A stretch of 64,000 bases of DNA from Emcibacteraceae bacterium (GCA_028281625.1 JANQJN010000162.1:9766-73765), one strand, 5' to 3'. Shown: positions 17,312 through 28,859, counted from the first letter of the stretch. The notes: generated by a model from the letters alone, not told the origin. Translations and numbers: made by a program.

Positions 17312-17791
17312 CTATTGCTGCCGAAGTGTAATCCGGAGTTGATCCGTTAAATTCTCATCATCAGGGCCAATAGTGTGCAGGGCTATGAGCTTTTCAGAAA
17401 TTCCGTTCGCTTCAAGGGCGTTTTTGGCCTCAATCGCGCGGTTGAAGGCCTTGCGGATAGCCATATGGCGGGCCGACGCGGGTGTCATGTCACGGCGGCT
17501 GGTTGGCGGTGTTGCATAGGAATAAACATGGATCGGAACGTCTGATTTACCAACCCGTTCCAGCCATTTGTTGAGCACCTTAAGATTTTCTTCTTCAAGT
17601 GTAATTTGCTGTGGGTGGAAAGTTATAAATAAAGGTTCAACGCTGGTTAAGTTCCCGGCGTTTAAAAAGATTTGTGCTTGTTCACTAGCACTTATGTCTG
17701 GAAGCAGGGAGTTGGTTTGGGCAATGGATCCCGTTGGTAGCATCGTAAGCCAAAGGGCAGAACTTATGGCGAGTGCTGTTTTTGGATTCAT
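17312..17791 (-). CDS. secreted hypothetical protein with a degenerate OmpA_C-like C-terminal pattern
   Basis: 159 aa with signal peptide MNPKTALAISSALWLTMLPTGSIAQ. The C-terminus IHVYSYA...ARHMAIRKAFNRAIEAKNALEANGISEKLI...LRITL loosely follows the OmpA-like layout. Confidence 0.5.
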   Translation of the reverse strand: MNPKTALAISSALWLTMLPTGSIAQTNSLLPDISASEQAQIFLNAGNLTSVEPLFITFHPQQITLEEENLKVLNKWLERVGKSDVPIHVYSYATPPTSRRDMTPASARHMAIRKAFNRAIEAKNALEANGISEKLIALHTIGPDDENLTDQLRITLRQQ

Positions 17792-17806
17792 TGCCTCATT
17801 TTCCGT

Positions 17807-18628
17807 TTACTTGTTTCTTTCGCGGTGCGCTTTACGTGCAGAAGATAATAAACGAGTTACCGGCCCATGTATAGAGCCATTGGTGGCAAGTATTTGACCT
17901 GTTTGAAGCATTTTAGCCCGACCATCAAATTCACTAACCATGCCCCTTGCTTCACGAACCAGTAAAATACCAGCGGCAATGTCCCAGCTTGAAAGTCCTT
18001 CTTCCCAGAAACCGTCATATCGGCCTGCGGCGACCCAGGCAAGATCAAGGGCGGCGGAACCAAAGCGGCGTACACCAGCAACTTCACCCATAATATGCTC
18101 AATGTTAACCAGAAAAGTGTCCTGATGCGGGCGAGCGTGATAGGGAATGCCTGTCGCAAGCAGACAGTCTTTTAGGTCTTTGCGACCAGAAACCGTTAGA
18201 CGGCGATTATTAAGGTACGCGCCGCGCCCTTTCTCCGCCCAGAACATATCATCTGTTATTGGGTTATAGACCACCGCTGCAGTCAGGTCGCCGCCTTGTT
18301 CTAAAGCAATGGAGGTTGCAAAGTGGGGAATACCATGGAGAAAATTGGAGGTGCCATCAAGTGGATCAATAATCCAGACCGAATTATTACCTTCCTGGGG
18401 GGCGACATCTTCACCTTCTTCCAGGATAAAACCGAATTGCGGGCGTGCGAGCTTTAGCTCTTCGACAATGGTTTTTTCAGCACGAATATCTGCTTTTGAG
18501 ACAAAATCTGCTGGGCCTTTACGGGACACCTGAAGGTGCTCAACTTCACCAAAATCGCGCGCAAGTTTTGTACCGGCCTTTTTGGCGGCTTTTTCCATCA
18601 CATTAATGACAGCGGACTTAAGGGCCAT
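17807..18628 (-). CDS. suhB: inositol monophosphatase family protein (SuhB-like)
   Basis: 273 aa. Carries WIIDPLDGTSNF and a WDIAAG motif. Confidence 0.9.
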   Translation of the reverse strand: MALKSAVINVMEKAAKKAGTKLARDFGEVEHLQVSRKGPADFVSKADIRAEKTIVEELKLARPQFGFILEEGEDVAPQEGNNSVWIIDPLDGTSNFLHGIPHFATSIALEQGGDLTAAVVYNPITDDMFWAEKGRGAYLNNRRLTVSGRKDLKDCLLATGIPYHARPHQDTFLVNIEHIMGEVAGVRRFGSAALDLAWVAAGRYDGFWEEGLSSWDIAAGILLVREARGMVSEFDGRAKMLQTGQILATNGSIHGPVTRLLSSARKAHRERNK

Positions 18629-19191
18629 TATTTTGCTCTTTCGTTGTAGCTACCGTCTTCGGTGTTTACCATGATGCGGTCGTCCTGATTGATGAAAGTA
18701 GGGACCATTACGCGCATGCCATTATCAAGAAGCGCTGGTTTGTTGGATGATTTCTGGGTTTGGCCTTTAACTACAGGCTCTGTTTCAACCACAGTGAATT
18801 CAACGGTTTGTGGAAGATCCACACCAAGAGGCTTTGTTTCATAATATTCAACGACCACTTCCATACCATCTTTCAGGTACTGTGCTTTTTCACCTAGAAA
18901 TTCGGCTGAAATTTCAATCTGCTCGTACGTTTCAGTATCCATGAAGGTATACATACCATCGGCTTCAAACAGGAATGTTTGATTTTTCTGCTCCAGACGA
19001 ACTTTTTCAACTTTTTCTGACGAACGGAAACGTTCGTTTAGTTTGCGACCATCAAGGAGGTTCTTAAGTTCCACCTGAAGATAGGCCCCACCTTTGCCGG
19101 GTTGGGTGTGCTGTATTTTTACTGCGACCCAGATTGTGTCTTGATGTTCAACAACATAACCAGGGCGAATTGTATTGCCGGGTATCTTCAT
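18628..19191 (-). CDS. efp: translation elongation factor P
   Basis: 187 aa. Carries [17 protein letters not shown] plus OB-domain II/III patterns. Its stop overlaps the suhB start. Confidence 0.95.
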   Translation of the reverse strand: MKIPGNTIRPGYVVEHQDTIWVAVKIQHTQPGKGGAYLQVELKNLLDGRKLNERFRSSEKVEKVRLEQKNQTFLFEADGMYTFMDTETYEQIEISAEFLGEKAQYLKDGMEVVVEYYETKPLGVDLPQTVEFTVVETEPVVKGQTQKSSNKPALLDNGMRVMVPTFINQDDRIMVNTEDGSYNERAK

Positions 19192-19265
19192 GGTTTCACC
19201 TGTTTTAAAGAGCGTTCAAATTAAGAGTGGGTATTACCACCATCAATTATCGGACGCAAGATTTA

Positions 19266-20189
19266 TTAGTATGATCTTTTTATGTCAACTTGATGATGAA
19301 GTGATACACCATTTTGAAGCCGATTATAATTGGCCATAAATTGCTTTGCGATATTGGCTCTGTTGGTCGGGCTCGAAATATGTGGCGTTATATGAATTTT
19401 TGGATGCTTCCAAAAGGGATGATCTTCGGGCAGAGGTTCTGTGCTGAATACATCAAGGAGTGCGCCGCTGAGCTGACCATTTGAAAGCGCATCCATCAGA
19501 TCGCCTTCGTTTTGATGATCGCCGCGTCCAACATTGATCAGGTACGCTCCTTTTTTCATTGCCGAAAACAGTTCTTTATTTAAAATACCTCTGGTTTCCA
19601 ATGTTAGCGGTAGCAAACAAACGACATAGTCCGCGTCCGCAACCGCATCATGTAGCTGCTCACTTCCTTTATGGCTGGTGACGTTTTCAATATTCTTGTC
19701 AGAACGCGCCCAGCCGGAAACTGAATATCCGTTTTTATCGAGAAGTCTTGCTGCTGTGGAACCAAGTTCACCCAGTCCCAATATGGTGACATTCATTCCT
19801 TTTAAGTATTCACGTTCCCGCCACTGTCCGGCGGCCTGCTGTTCACGGTAGTAAGTCAAGTGAAGTCTGTGATTAAGGATCGCTCCAAGCACGAATTCGG
19901 CCATCTGGTCGGACAGGGTATCATCCACAAACCGGGTGATCGGAACCTCTTCGGGTAAAGCAGGGTCGCTCAGGATATTTTCCACACCCGCACCGTAAGA
20001 TGCGATCAGTTTTAGATTTGGATAATCATTGAGTACGCCTTCGTCATGCTTCCAGACTATGACACATTCGATGTCTTCGGGATTACCCACGTCAGGATAT
20101 ATTCGAATTTCCGGGCAGTCTGAATGGGTTTTTAAATGTTGCGCCAGTGGTTCCGGGTCCACCTGATTAAGCATGATAAGTACGGCCAT
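19266..20189 (-). CDS. D-isomer-specific 2-hydroxyacid dehydrogenase (glyoxylate/hydroxypyruvate reductase A-like)
   Basis: 307 aa. Carries the ILGLGELGS NAD motif, the LINVGRG motif and TPHISS. Confidence 0.85.
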   Translation of the reverse strand: MAVLIMLNQVDPEPLAQHLKTHSDCPEIRIYPDVGNPEDIECVIVWKHDEGVLNDYPNLKLIASYGAGVENILSDPALPEEVPITRFVDDTLSDQMAEFVLGAILNHRLHLTYYREQQAAGQWREREYLKGMNVTILGLGELGSTAARLLDKNGYSVSGWARSDKNIENVTSHKGSEQLHDAVADADYVVCLLPLTLETRGILNKELFSAMKKGAYLINVGRGDHQNEGDLMDALSNGQLSGALLDVFSTEPLPEDHPFWKHPKIHITPHISSPTNRANIAKQFMANYNRLQNGVSLHHQVDIKRSY

Positions 20190-20262
20190 GATTTTCCTTT
20201 TGTCAAAGTCTATACCATAAATCGCGGGTCACGATAGTGGGATAATAATTGATTATGCATTT

Positions 20263-21612
20263 TTGTCACTTCGGTTTATGGTTTTCATTAGGGAGAGCAT
20301 TTTGACTGACACAATCGCTACAAAATCAGCTAAGAAGAACTTATTTCTGCCAATGATCGTGATTGGCGTTTTGTTTTTCATTTTTGGCTTTATTACCTGG
20401 CTCAATGGCTCATTGATCCCGTTCTTGAAGATTGTATGTAATCTCAACGACTTTGAAGCACTGTTTGTGACGTTCACTTTTTATATCGCCTATACAGTTA
20501 TGGCCTTTCCTATGGCCGGGATCTTACGCAGGACTGGATACCGAAATGGTATGATGGTGGGGCTCGCAATCATGGTTGTGGGTGCACTTCTGTTTGTGCC
20601 CGCAGCAAAGGTGATCAGTTTTCCATTTTTTCTGTTTGGGTTATTTATATTAGGAACTGGGTTAACAATTTTGCAAACGGCATCAAATCCTTTTGTAATC
20701 TTCATCGGCCCCAGGGAAAGTGCTGCACGCCGCATTGCCATTATGGGGTTAATCAATAAAGTCGCGGGCGTGGTCGTCCCAGTGGTGTTCGCGGCACTGG
20801 TTCTTAGTGATGTGACTGATGCGTCAGAATTTGCAATTCTCGTCCTAAGTGAAGCCGAAATTCAGGAACTTTCCGAGCGTCTGATAATCCCCTATATCGG
20901 CATGTCGATGGTGTTTGTCATTTTGATCGCGCTGGTTTATTTTTCAAACCTACCCACAGTGGGTAGCGAAATCGAAGCGGCAGGCAACGATGAAGGCAAA
21001 AACAGCATCCTTGATTTTCCCCATACGGTACTGGGCACTGCTGCGATATTTTCTTACCTTGGTGTGGAAGTGATCGCGGGCGATACCATTAATCTTTATG
21101 GCTCAACACTTTATATGGAAAATTTCTCAGTACTCACCGCCTTTACCATGAGCTTTATGGTGGTGGGCTATCTGCTGGGTATGATAGCAATCCCAAAATA
21201 TATTAGCCAAAGCGGTGCACTTTTGCTTTCGGCGCTTGTGGGAGGATTGTGCATTTTCGGCGTTGTTTTCTCCTCTATCGATGAAAGTGGTATTACTCAA
21301 CTATTGTGGGGGTGGGCAGGGGTACCAATCTTACCAAATTCAGTATTTTTTGTTTCATTGATGGGCCTTGCCAATGCACTAGTGTGGCCGTCAATCTGGC
21401 CGTTGGCTCTTGATGGTCTTGGGAAATTCACTGCCCAAGGCTCCGCGCTTCTGATCATGGGAGTGGCTGGCGGGGCACTTATCCCGCTGGCATTCGGGCG
21501 TTTGTCGCTCATGATAGGCGAGATGCAGCTTGCCTATATCATTTGCCTGCCCTTTTACTTGTTCATTCTTTTTTATGCTGCAAAAGGACATAAGATTAGA
21601 AGCTGGAAATAA
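20263..21612 (+). CDS. sugar MFS transporter (FucP / glucose-galactose GluP type)
   Basis: 12 TM segments with FFIFGFITWLNGSLIPFLK near the N-terminus, typical of the FucP/GluP family. The true start is probably internal (TTG near 20302 after GGGAGAG). Confidence 0.85.
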   Translation: MSLRFMVFIRESILTDTIATKSAKKNLFLPMIVIGVLFFIFGFITWLNGSLIPFLKIVCNLNDFEALFVTFTFYIAYTVMAFPMAGILRRTGYRNGMMVGLAIMVVGALLFVPAAKVISFPFFLFGLFILGTGLTILQTASNPFVIFIGPRESAARRIAIMGLINKVAGVVVPVVFAALVLSDVTDASEFAILVLSEAEIQELSERLIIPYIGMSMVFVILIALVYFSNLPTVGSEIEAAGNDEGKNSILDFPHTVLGTAAIFSYLGVEVIAGDTINLYGSTLYMENFSVLTAFTMSFMVVGYLLGMIAIPKYISQSGALLLSALVGGLCIFGVVFSSIDESGITQLLWGWAGVPILPNSVFFVSLMGLANALVWPSIWPLALDGLGKFTAQGSALLIMGVAGGALIPLAFGRLSLMIGEMQLAYIICLPFYLFILFYAAKGHKIRSWK

Positions 21613-21613
21613 C

Positions 21614-22006
21614 CTACCTTGGTATCGCGTTTCCGATGGCTTGGCTGATAGCGAGGGCGCCCATCATGCCCTGATAATTTTCTTCACCGAGGAGGAGGCG
21701 AATATCCCTGTGATCCTGATCTAGTTGCCGATACCTTTTTAGTGTGTCGGCGTCACCGGGCTTTAGGCCATTGTCATCTGCCCATTCCAGTATGTCGTCG
21801 CAATCTTCATAATGCTGAATTTCCGTGGCATAATAATAAATTAGATTGCCAAGTTTTGGGGCATCGTATCCTTCAGCCATAGTGATATTCCGGGTCATTT
21901 CATGATGTTTGCTTTTAAAATCGCATTTGTAGCAGTTATCTTCTAAAGGTGTGACTTCAAGCGTTATCTCTGCTGTATTAATTGCTTCATCAATAAAATC
22001 TGCCAT
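21614..22006 (-). CDS. hypothetical acidic cytoplasmic protein
   Basis: 130 aa. No motif recognised. Lies 10 nt downstream of the 253-aa membrane-protein gene on the same strand. Confidence 0.5.
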   Translation of the reverse strand: MADFIDEAINTAEITLEVTPLEDNCYKCDFKSKHHEMTRNITMAEGYDAPKLGNLIYYYATEIQHYEDCDDILEWADDNGLKPGDADTLKRYRQLDQDHRDIRLLLGEENYQGMMGALAISQAIGNAIPR

Positions 22007-22016
22007 TTAAGATCCT

Positions 22017-22778
22017 TTAAAACATCAGCCGCTGAAACAGCAAGTGAAGTTCCGCTCCGTAAACCATTACAAACAACATAAATATAAAAGTTAGTATGAC
22101 TTTTATAACGCGCCAGATAAAGGCGAAAAAGAGCTTAAACCAGTTCTTTTTACTTTGCTCCCTTAATTTTTGTTTCAATCTTTCAACTTCTTTTTTGTCC
22201 TTATGCTCATCGGATGCATATTTGCGATCTGGAACTTCAGGAGCACCAAATACAATTCTGCGATCATTCAGTTCATTTGTTGCTATCTGTGCGCGAATGT
22301 TATTGGGGATGTCGGTTATTTCGGATATGTCGAAGATAATTTCGGCATTTTCAAGCCTAGGTGTAGGGTCGAGGCCACATCTGCATAATGCATCATGGGT
22401 GTTGTCAAAATAAGCATAAATGTATTTTTGCGTTTTGGTATGGATGGCCTCAAATGGGCCAACATCCTTCCAGTCATAGTTTAGTTTGTCGGAACCATGT
22501 ACGTACAATATGCCATCTGGTGAAAGAGTTAAGCTGGGCTTAATTTTTAAGATAAGGTACAAGGTGTTAACCAGATTTTTGATCAAATAGTAAGCGACGA
22601 TTAGTCCCAACCCGAACAAACCGTTTCCTTCCGCGGAATTCACATTAAAGAAAAAGAACTTAACAACAAAATAGGTGATTACCCCACTGATTAGTAGGCT
22701 TAGCAAACGTTTACGCGTTTGCGCAAACCCCGTTTGGTAAGTGATTTTTTTATACTTATCACTCATATCAAACTGCAA
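22017..22778 (-). CDS. hypothetical membrane protein (2 N-terminal TM, soluble middle, Lys-rich helix, C-terminal TM)
   Basis: 253 aa in an AT-rich context. No family recognised. Confidence 0.5.
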   Translation of the reverse strand: MQFDMSDKYKKITYQTGFAQTRKRLLSLLISGVITYFVVKFFFFNVNSAEGNGLFGLGLIVAYYLIKNLVNTLYLILKIKPSLTLSPDGILYVHGSDKLNYDWKDVGPFEAIHTKTQKYIYAYFDNTHDALCRCGLDPTPRLENAEIIFDISEITDIPNNIRAQIATNELNDRRIVFGAPEVPDRKYASDEHKDKKEVERLKQKLREQSKKNWFKLFFAFIWRVIKVILTFIFMLFVMVYGAELHLLFQRLMF

Positions 22779-22994
22779 ACACTATACTTGAATAAAACAA
22801 TCGGAAGCCCCCAATTTGAATGTTAGTCACCAACTAATGACACACAAAATAGGTCTTGTCCACAATGGCTATTCCTATGATCTCTCTGCATTGTTGGCGC
22901 GTATAATTCTAATATATTAAATAATTCTTAAATTTGGTGTATGTATAAGTATTGTCGAATGTCATAAATCGACGATCTAGGAGGGCATAACCAG

Positions 22995-24302
22995 GTGTTT
23001 GAGTTCTTAAAAACAGATAAGGAATACCTTGCGTATGCCCATGCGAATAATGTTGACAATTTGAAGAAGTTTGCGCCAGCTGGTGTCGTAATATGCCTGT
23101 TATTGTTAACTGACAGGTCAGGGCCGACGCCCGGTGTGCCTTACAACCATATTTTTAATTCTGATGTGACGGGTGTGACCAGCATTGTCCTTTTTGCACT
23201 TGGCTGGATAATGCTGAAATTTGCTCGGCAAAATGTTGTTGTGGAAAAAACCGCGTGCTGGATAATTGTATTTACAGCATATATTCTAGCAGGATCAATT
23301 AGTTATATAAGTGTGAGTTCTGACGAAGGTTTAACGTCGGTTGCTGTTGCATATTTGATGATTTCCTTCCTGTTTGCAGAAAGATTGCATTTTCAAATTG
23401 CGATATTACTTGCCAACTCATTGTTTTTTTATGTGCTTACTGTTTTTGTTGGCGGTGCTGATCCAGGCGGTATACGTATCGCTCTGATTTCTATTGTCTT
23501 TTTAAGTATGCTGGTCGTTGTAACCATGGATAAGCAACGCAAAGAAGTTTTTTACAGTCAGAAAAAAATTGCAGAACAGGTCAAGGAACTTAATAACGCA
23601 CTGGATGTAAAAGCCGCCTTTTTTGGGCATATGAGTCATGAACTTCGAACACCCCTGAACGCGATTATTGGTTTTTCTGATATGCTGAAGACGATGGCCA
23701 AGACCGGAATTGATCCAAATAAGGTGGAAGAATACGCGACTTTCATAAATTCCGGTGGAAATCATCTTCTTTCACTTGTAAATGATCTCCTCGATCAAAA
23801 TAAACTGGAAACGGGCGAAGTTTCGGTTTCCATTGAACCGATCAATGTGGGCAGATTGGTTAGCAACTATGTAGACGAACTTAAACCGATTTCCGATAAC
23901 AAAAATCAGCAAGTAACGGTAGAACTGGAAAATGATTATATCGAAATTGAATCCGACCGCAGGATTTTCAAGCAAATCATTTATAACATCCTCTCCAATG
24001 CTCAGAACTATACACCGGAAAATGGCTTGATCGAAGTTAGTGCCAGAAGAAATGGTGAAGAAAAGGTGGAAATAAACATAAAAGATAATGGTCAGGGAAT
24101 GCCAGATGAGGTGATGGATCAAATTCACAATACTAATATATCAGTTAGATCGCATTTTATTTCACAGGCAAAGGGGACGGGTCTTGGTCTTATTATTGTA
24201 CGGCAGCTTTTATACCGTTTGGGCGGAACCATTAATGCAACTTCAAGCATCGGCGCCGGCACAAACATTTTACTTTCTTTTCCAACAAAATATTCGAATT
24301 AG
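22995..24302 (+). CDS. membrane-bound sensor histidine kinase (orphan, with no adjacent response regulator)
   Basis: The GTG start follows AGGAGGG. The N-terminus has multiple TM segments. H-box is HMSHELRTPLNAI, N-box is NAQNYTP, and the G-boxes are DNGQGM and GTGLGL. Confidence 0.9.
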   Translation: MFEFLKTDKEYLAYAHANNVDNLKKFAPAGVVICLLLLTDRSGPTPGVPYNHIFNSDVTGVTSIVLFALGWIMLKFARQNVVVEKTACWIIVFTAYILAGSISYISVSSDEGLTSVAVAYLMISFLFAERLHFQIAILLANSLFFYVLTVFVGGADPGGIRIALISIVFLSMLVVVTMDKQRKEVFYSQKKIAEQVKELNNALDVKAAFFGHMSHELRTPLNAIIGFSDMLKTMAKTGIDPNKVEEYATFINSGGNHLLSLVNDLLDQNKLETGEVSVSIEPINVGRLVSNYVDELKPISDNKNQQVTVELENDYIEIESDRRIFKQIIYNILSNAQNYTPENGLIEVSARRNGEEKVEINIKDNGQGMPDEVMDQIHNTNISVRSHFISQAKGTGLGLIIVRQLLYRLGGTINATSSIGAGTNILLSFPTKYSN

Positions 24303-24332
24303 CCAATCTGGAAAAATAAAAAATATTCAACT

Positions 24333-25190
24333 ATGATAACCCAAAATGGACAGTCAATGAAGTTCTTGTTTTTAAATATAATTTATAGCTTTCTCTTTCT
24401 CTTATCGTCATCTCATTTACTGTATGCGGAAACATATGAAACTTTGGATGGCGTTATTTTGGATTTTGAGGTATCCGGAGATGGAGAGGCGCTGGTGATG
24501 CTGCATAGCGGTATGATGTCACGTGATGATATGAGAACGCAGATTGAGTATTTTGCGGAGTTTTATAAGGTAATTGCGCTTGATAGCAGGGAACAGGGCA
24601 GGAGTAGCGCGGCACGGTCGCAGATCACCTATGAGCAAATGGCCGGGGATGTGGTGGCGCTGCTAACCCACCTTGATATCGAAAAAGCGCATCTCTTTGG
24701 TCAAAGCGATGGCGGTATAACAGCGCTAATGGTTAGCCATCTTTATCCGAACCGCGTAATAAAATCCGTAATTCATGGGGCGGTTTACAATCATTCTGCT
24801 TATTCGGAAGATCAGAAAGAAGGCTGGAAGAATGCAAGCTTTGACCAATATGATGAGGCCTCACGAGATCCGTCTGGATTTCCGGGGATGGCGATTCCTC
24901 ATTATTTAAAAGGCCATAGTGATATTTCCGACTTCGAGGCGCACTATAAGGAAATGGCAATGATGTGGGCGACGCAGCCAAACCTTTCAAAGGACGATCT
25001 GGCGAAAATTGAAGTCCCCACGTTGGTGATTGTTGGCGATCATTGGGATATTTCCATATCCCATACGGTTGAACTTCATGAAGCGCTTCCAAAAAGCGAA
25101 CTATTTGTCGCGCCGGGTGCCACACACTTCATTCACCAGGAAAAACCGGACATGCTCCATCGCATTATGCATGATTATTTGAAGGAGTAG
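24333..25190 (+). CDS. alpha/beta-fold hydrolase with signal peptide
   Basis: 285 aa. Carries the HSGMM oxyanion region and the GQSDGG nucleophile elbow. The N-terminus is hydrophobic, with an alternative start at ATG 24357. Confidence 0.8.
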   Translation: MITQNGQSMKFLFLNIIYSFLFLLSSSHLLYAETYETLDGVILDFEVSGDGEALVMLHSGMMSRDDMRTQIEYFAEFYKVIALDSREQGRSSAARSQITYEQMAGDVVALLTHLDIEKAHLFGQSDGGITALMVSHLYPNRVIKSVIHGAVYNHSAYSEDQKEGWKNASFDQYDEASRDPSGFPGMAIPHYLKGHSDISDFEAHYKEMAMMWATQPNLSKDDLAKIEVPTLVIVGDHWDISISHTVELHEALPKSELFVAPGATHFIHQEKPDMLHRIMHDYLKE

Positions 25191-25222
25191 GAAAGCTAAT
25201 CTTCCAGCTCAAGAAACAATTA

Positions 25223-25249
25223 ACCCGCTACGTTGGGCGCGTAGCGGGT
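25223..25249. terminator. GC-rich hairpin between convergent hydrolase gene and ccrM
   Basis: Perfect arms acccgctacg / cgtagcgggt with loop ttgggcg. Confidence 0.6.
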
Positions 25250-25274
25250 CACTCACCGGAGAAGGTAAACAGTT

Positions 25275-25310
25275 AATATTATCGGGGAAGATAATATTGG
25301 TCTTTTTTTA
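25275..25310 (+). terminator. AT-rich hairpin followed by a T-run
   Basis: Arms aatattatc / gataatatt with loop ggggaa, followed by ggtcttttttta. Confidence 0.5.
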
Positions 25311-25333
25311 TTTTTATTCCTCTACTAAACCTT

Positions 25334-26542
<1,209 letters not shown>

Positions 26543-26544
<2 letters not shown>

Positions 26545-27181
26545 AATTGCTTACAAGGCGTTCTTGAGTCATTAGGTCACGGATCGGTGAAAAAGATCTC
26601 CGGTGAAAAGGACTCGGACCCACAAGATTTAGTGCCTCAAGATGCGCGCGGGTACCATATCCGGAATTTTGATTCCAGCCGTATTCCGGGTGAATTTCGT
26701 GTAATTTTTTCATTAAAAAATCGCGTTTTTCTTTGGCAATTATCGATGCAGCAGCAATTGAAACCGATTTTTGGTCCCCTTTTACGACCGCAGTGGCAGG
26801 TGCGTCGAAATCTGGAAGCCGGTTTCCATCGACCAGAATATGATCTACTTTACGGGGTAAATTTGCCACGGCTCTCTGCATAGCGAGCATACTGGCATGG
26901 AGGATGTTTAGCTCATCAATCTCTTCCAGACTGGCTTCACCGTATGCGTGCTCTGCGGCGGCCAGAATCTGATCATTTAAAAAGGCGCGTTTTTTGGCAC
27001 TCAACTTTTTTGAATCGTTTAAGTCGTGGGGGATTAGGGCCGGATTCAGGATCACAGCAGCGGCGACAACAGGGCCTGCGAGTGGTCCGCGACCCACTTC
27101 GTCAACCCCACAAATGATCTTGCTGGGTGCGCCAAGTCTTTCTTCAAGTTCATAAGTAGGTTTGGGTGTTTCCTTTTTCAT
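26543..27181 (-). CDS. rnhB: ribonuclease HII
   Basis: 212 aa. Carries GVDEVGRGPLAGPVV and DSKKLS. Confidence 0.93.
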
Positions 27182-27223
27182 AAAGTGACTATAGACTTCC
27201 GCTGAAATAAATAAAGAGCAAAC

Positions 27224-27859
27224 ATGAGCATTACCGTCATCATACCAACCTTAAAATTTGATGAGCAACTGGAGAAACTTCTTAATGTGCTTCCAGATGA
27301 CGTGATTGTTGTCAACGGTGGCGTGGAGACCTATTCCTTTAAAGACCATGTGATTGTGAACACAAACCCGGGGCGGGGCCTTCAGCTTAAGACGGGTGCA
27401 CAATTTGCCAAGGGCGATTGGCTCTTTTTCCTCCATACGGACAGTACGCTTACCCAGGGCTGGGTTAAAGCACTTACGGATCATATGACACATCATCCGG
27501 ATAAAGCCTTTGCCTTTAGGCTGCGCTTTGATGATGAGGGCTTCTTTCCACGGCTTCTGGAATATTGGGTTCGGTTTCGTTGCTGGGCTTTTGCACTTCC
27601 TTATGGGGATCAGGGATTATTTATATCCCGAGCACTATATGATGAGGTGGGCGGCTATAATGAAATGCCGCTAATGGAAGATGTGGACATCGTCCGCCGC
27701 CTTGGTCGCGACCGCATGCGAACCGGCAGGCACCTGCTGATTACGTCGGCAGAAAAATATAATAAATATGGTTATCTGTTTCGCATGTTTCGAAATGGCT
27801 TTTGCCTATTGCTCTATAAATTGGGTGTAGACCCGGCAACCATTAAGAAGATTTATTGA
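27224..27859 (+). CDS. family-2 glycosyltransferase, TIGR04283-like
   Basis: 211 aa. Carries VIIPTL, RGLQLKTGA and WLFFLHTDSTL. Its stop overlaps the next start (ATGA). Confidence 0.7.
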   Translation: MSITVIIPTLKFDEQLEKLLNVLPDDVIVVNGGVETYSFKDHVIVNTNPGRGLQLKTGAQFAKGDWLFFLHTDSTLTQGWVKALTDHMTHHPDKAFAFRLRFDDEGFFPRLLEYWVRFRCWAFALPYGDQGLFISRALYDEVGGYNEMPLMEDVDIVRRLGRDRMRTGRHLLITSAEKYNKYGYLFRMFRNGFCLLLYKLGVDPATIKKIY

Positions 27860-28428
27860 TGGAGAGCAGGACACTGGTCATATTCGTCAAAGAACCTAGG
27901 CTCGGTCGGGTGAAGACACGATTGGCCCGTGATATTGGCACCTTTAAAGCCTGGTGTTTTTATCGCCGGACGGTGAGGGGACTGATCAAACGCGTGGGAG
28001 TGGGGCCATGGAAGACGTTAATCTGCGTCTCGCCGGATGACTATAGAGGTAGCTTTTTTGACAAGCGTTTCAACATTATCCCTCAAGGAGGCGGCGATCT
28101 GGGCCAACGTATGCAGCACGTATTCGATACCGCAGGGTCAGGGCCACTGGTTCTAATTGGTGGTGATATTCCCGGTGTCAACCGATTACATATAAGGAAG
28201 GCTTTCAAAGCCCTTGGAAATCATGATGCCGTATTTGGCCCTGCCACTGATGGCGGCTACTGGATGGTGGGCATGCGACGTCGCCGCGCTCGTATTGCAC
28301 CATTTAAAGGGGTGCGCTGGTCCACCGAACATGCGCTTAAGGATACAGTTTCCAATATTTCACTTACCCAGCGGGTTGACTTTGTTGATCTCCTCAGTGA
28401 TGTAGATACAGCAGAAGATTTGTGTTAA
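27856..28428 (+). CDS. DUF2064 / TIGR04282-like nucleotidyl- or glycosyl-transferase
   Basis: 190 aa. Carries LVIFVKEPRLGRVKTRLA, LIGGDIP and DGGYWMVG. Confidence 0.7.
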   Translation: MMESRTLVIFVKEPRLGRVKTRLARDIGTFKAWCFYRRTVRGLIKRVGVGPWKTLICVSPDDYRGSFFDKRFNIIPQGGGDLGQRMQHVFDTAGSGPLVLIGGDIPGVNRLHIRKAFKALGNHDAVFGPATDGGYWMVGMRRRRARIAPFKGVRWSTEHALKDTVSNISLTQRVDFVDLLSDVDTAEDLC

Positions 28429-28474
28429 GTTAATTGCTTCACACCTTATAAAATAAACTAAGAGGGGGAATACT

Positions 28475-28786
28475 ATGATTAAAGTAAGCGTTATTTATCC
28501 GAACGGGCCGGATATAAATTTCGATATTGATTATTACTGCAACACACATGTTCCTATGGTAGTGGAAATCCTAGGTGACGCGCTTAAGGCAGGTAATGTC
28601 GATAGCGGACTTGCAGGTGGTACGCCAGGGGAAGAGGCTGCGTTCATCGCCATGGGGCACCTGACGTTTAATTCGGTGGAAGAGTTTCAAAAAGCCTTTG
28701 CGCCACATGCTGAAAAGATAATGGGTGACGTGCCCAATTACACCAATTCAGAGCCAATTATTCAGATCAGCGAAATTAAGATTTAA
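28475..28786 (+). CDS. EthD-family (TIGR02118-like) protein
   Basis: 103 aa. The MIKVSVIYPNG...DYYCNTHVPMV pattern is typical, and GAGGGGG lies upstream. Confidence 0.75.
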   Translation: MIKVSVIYPNGPDINFDIDYYCNTHVPMVVEILGDALKAGNVDSGLAGGTPGEEAAFIAMGHLTFNSVEEFQKAFAPHAEKIMGDVPNYTNSEPIIQISEIKI

Positions 28787-28859
28787 ATTCTTGTTTTTAG
28801 TCCTTGTCTAACAGTCATTCGCCGTGGATACTGCGGAGGATCAAGACAGGGAGTTTTGA

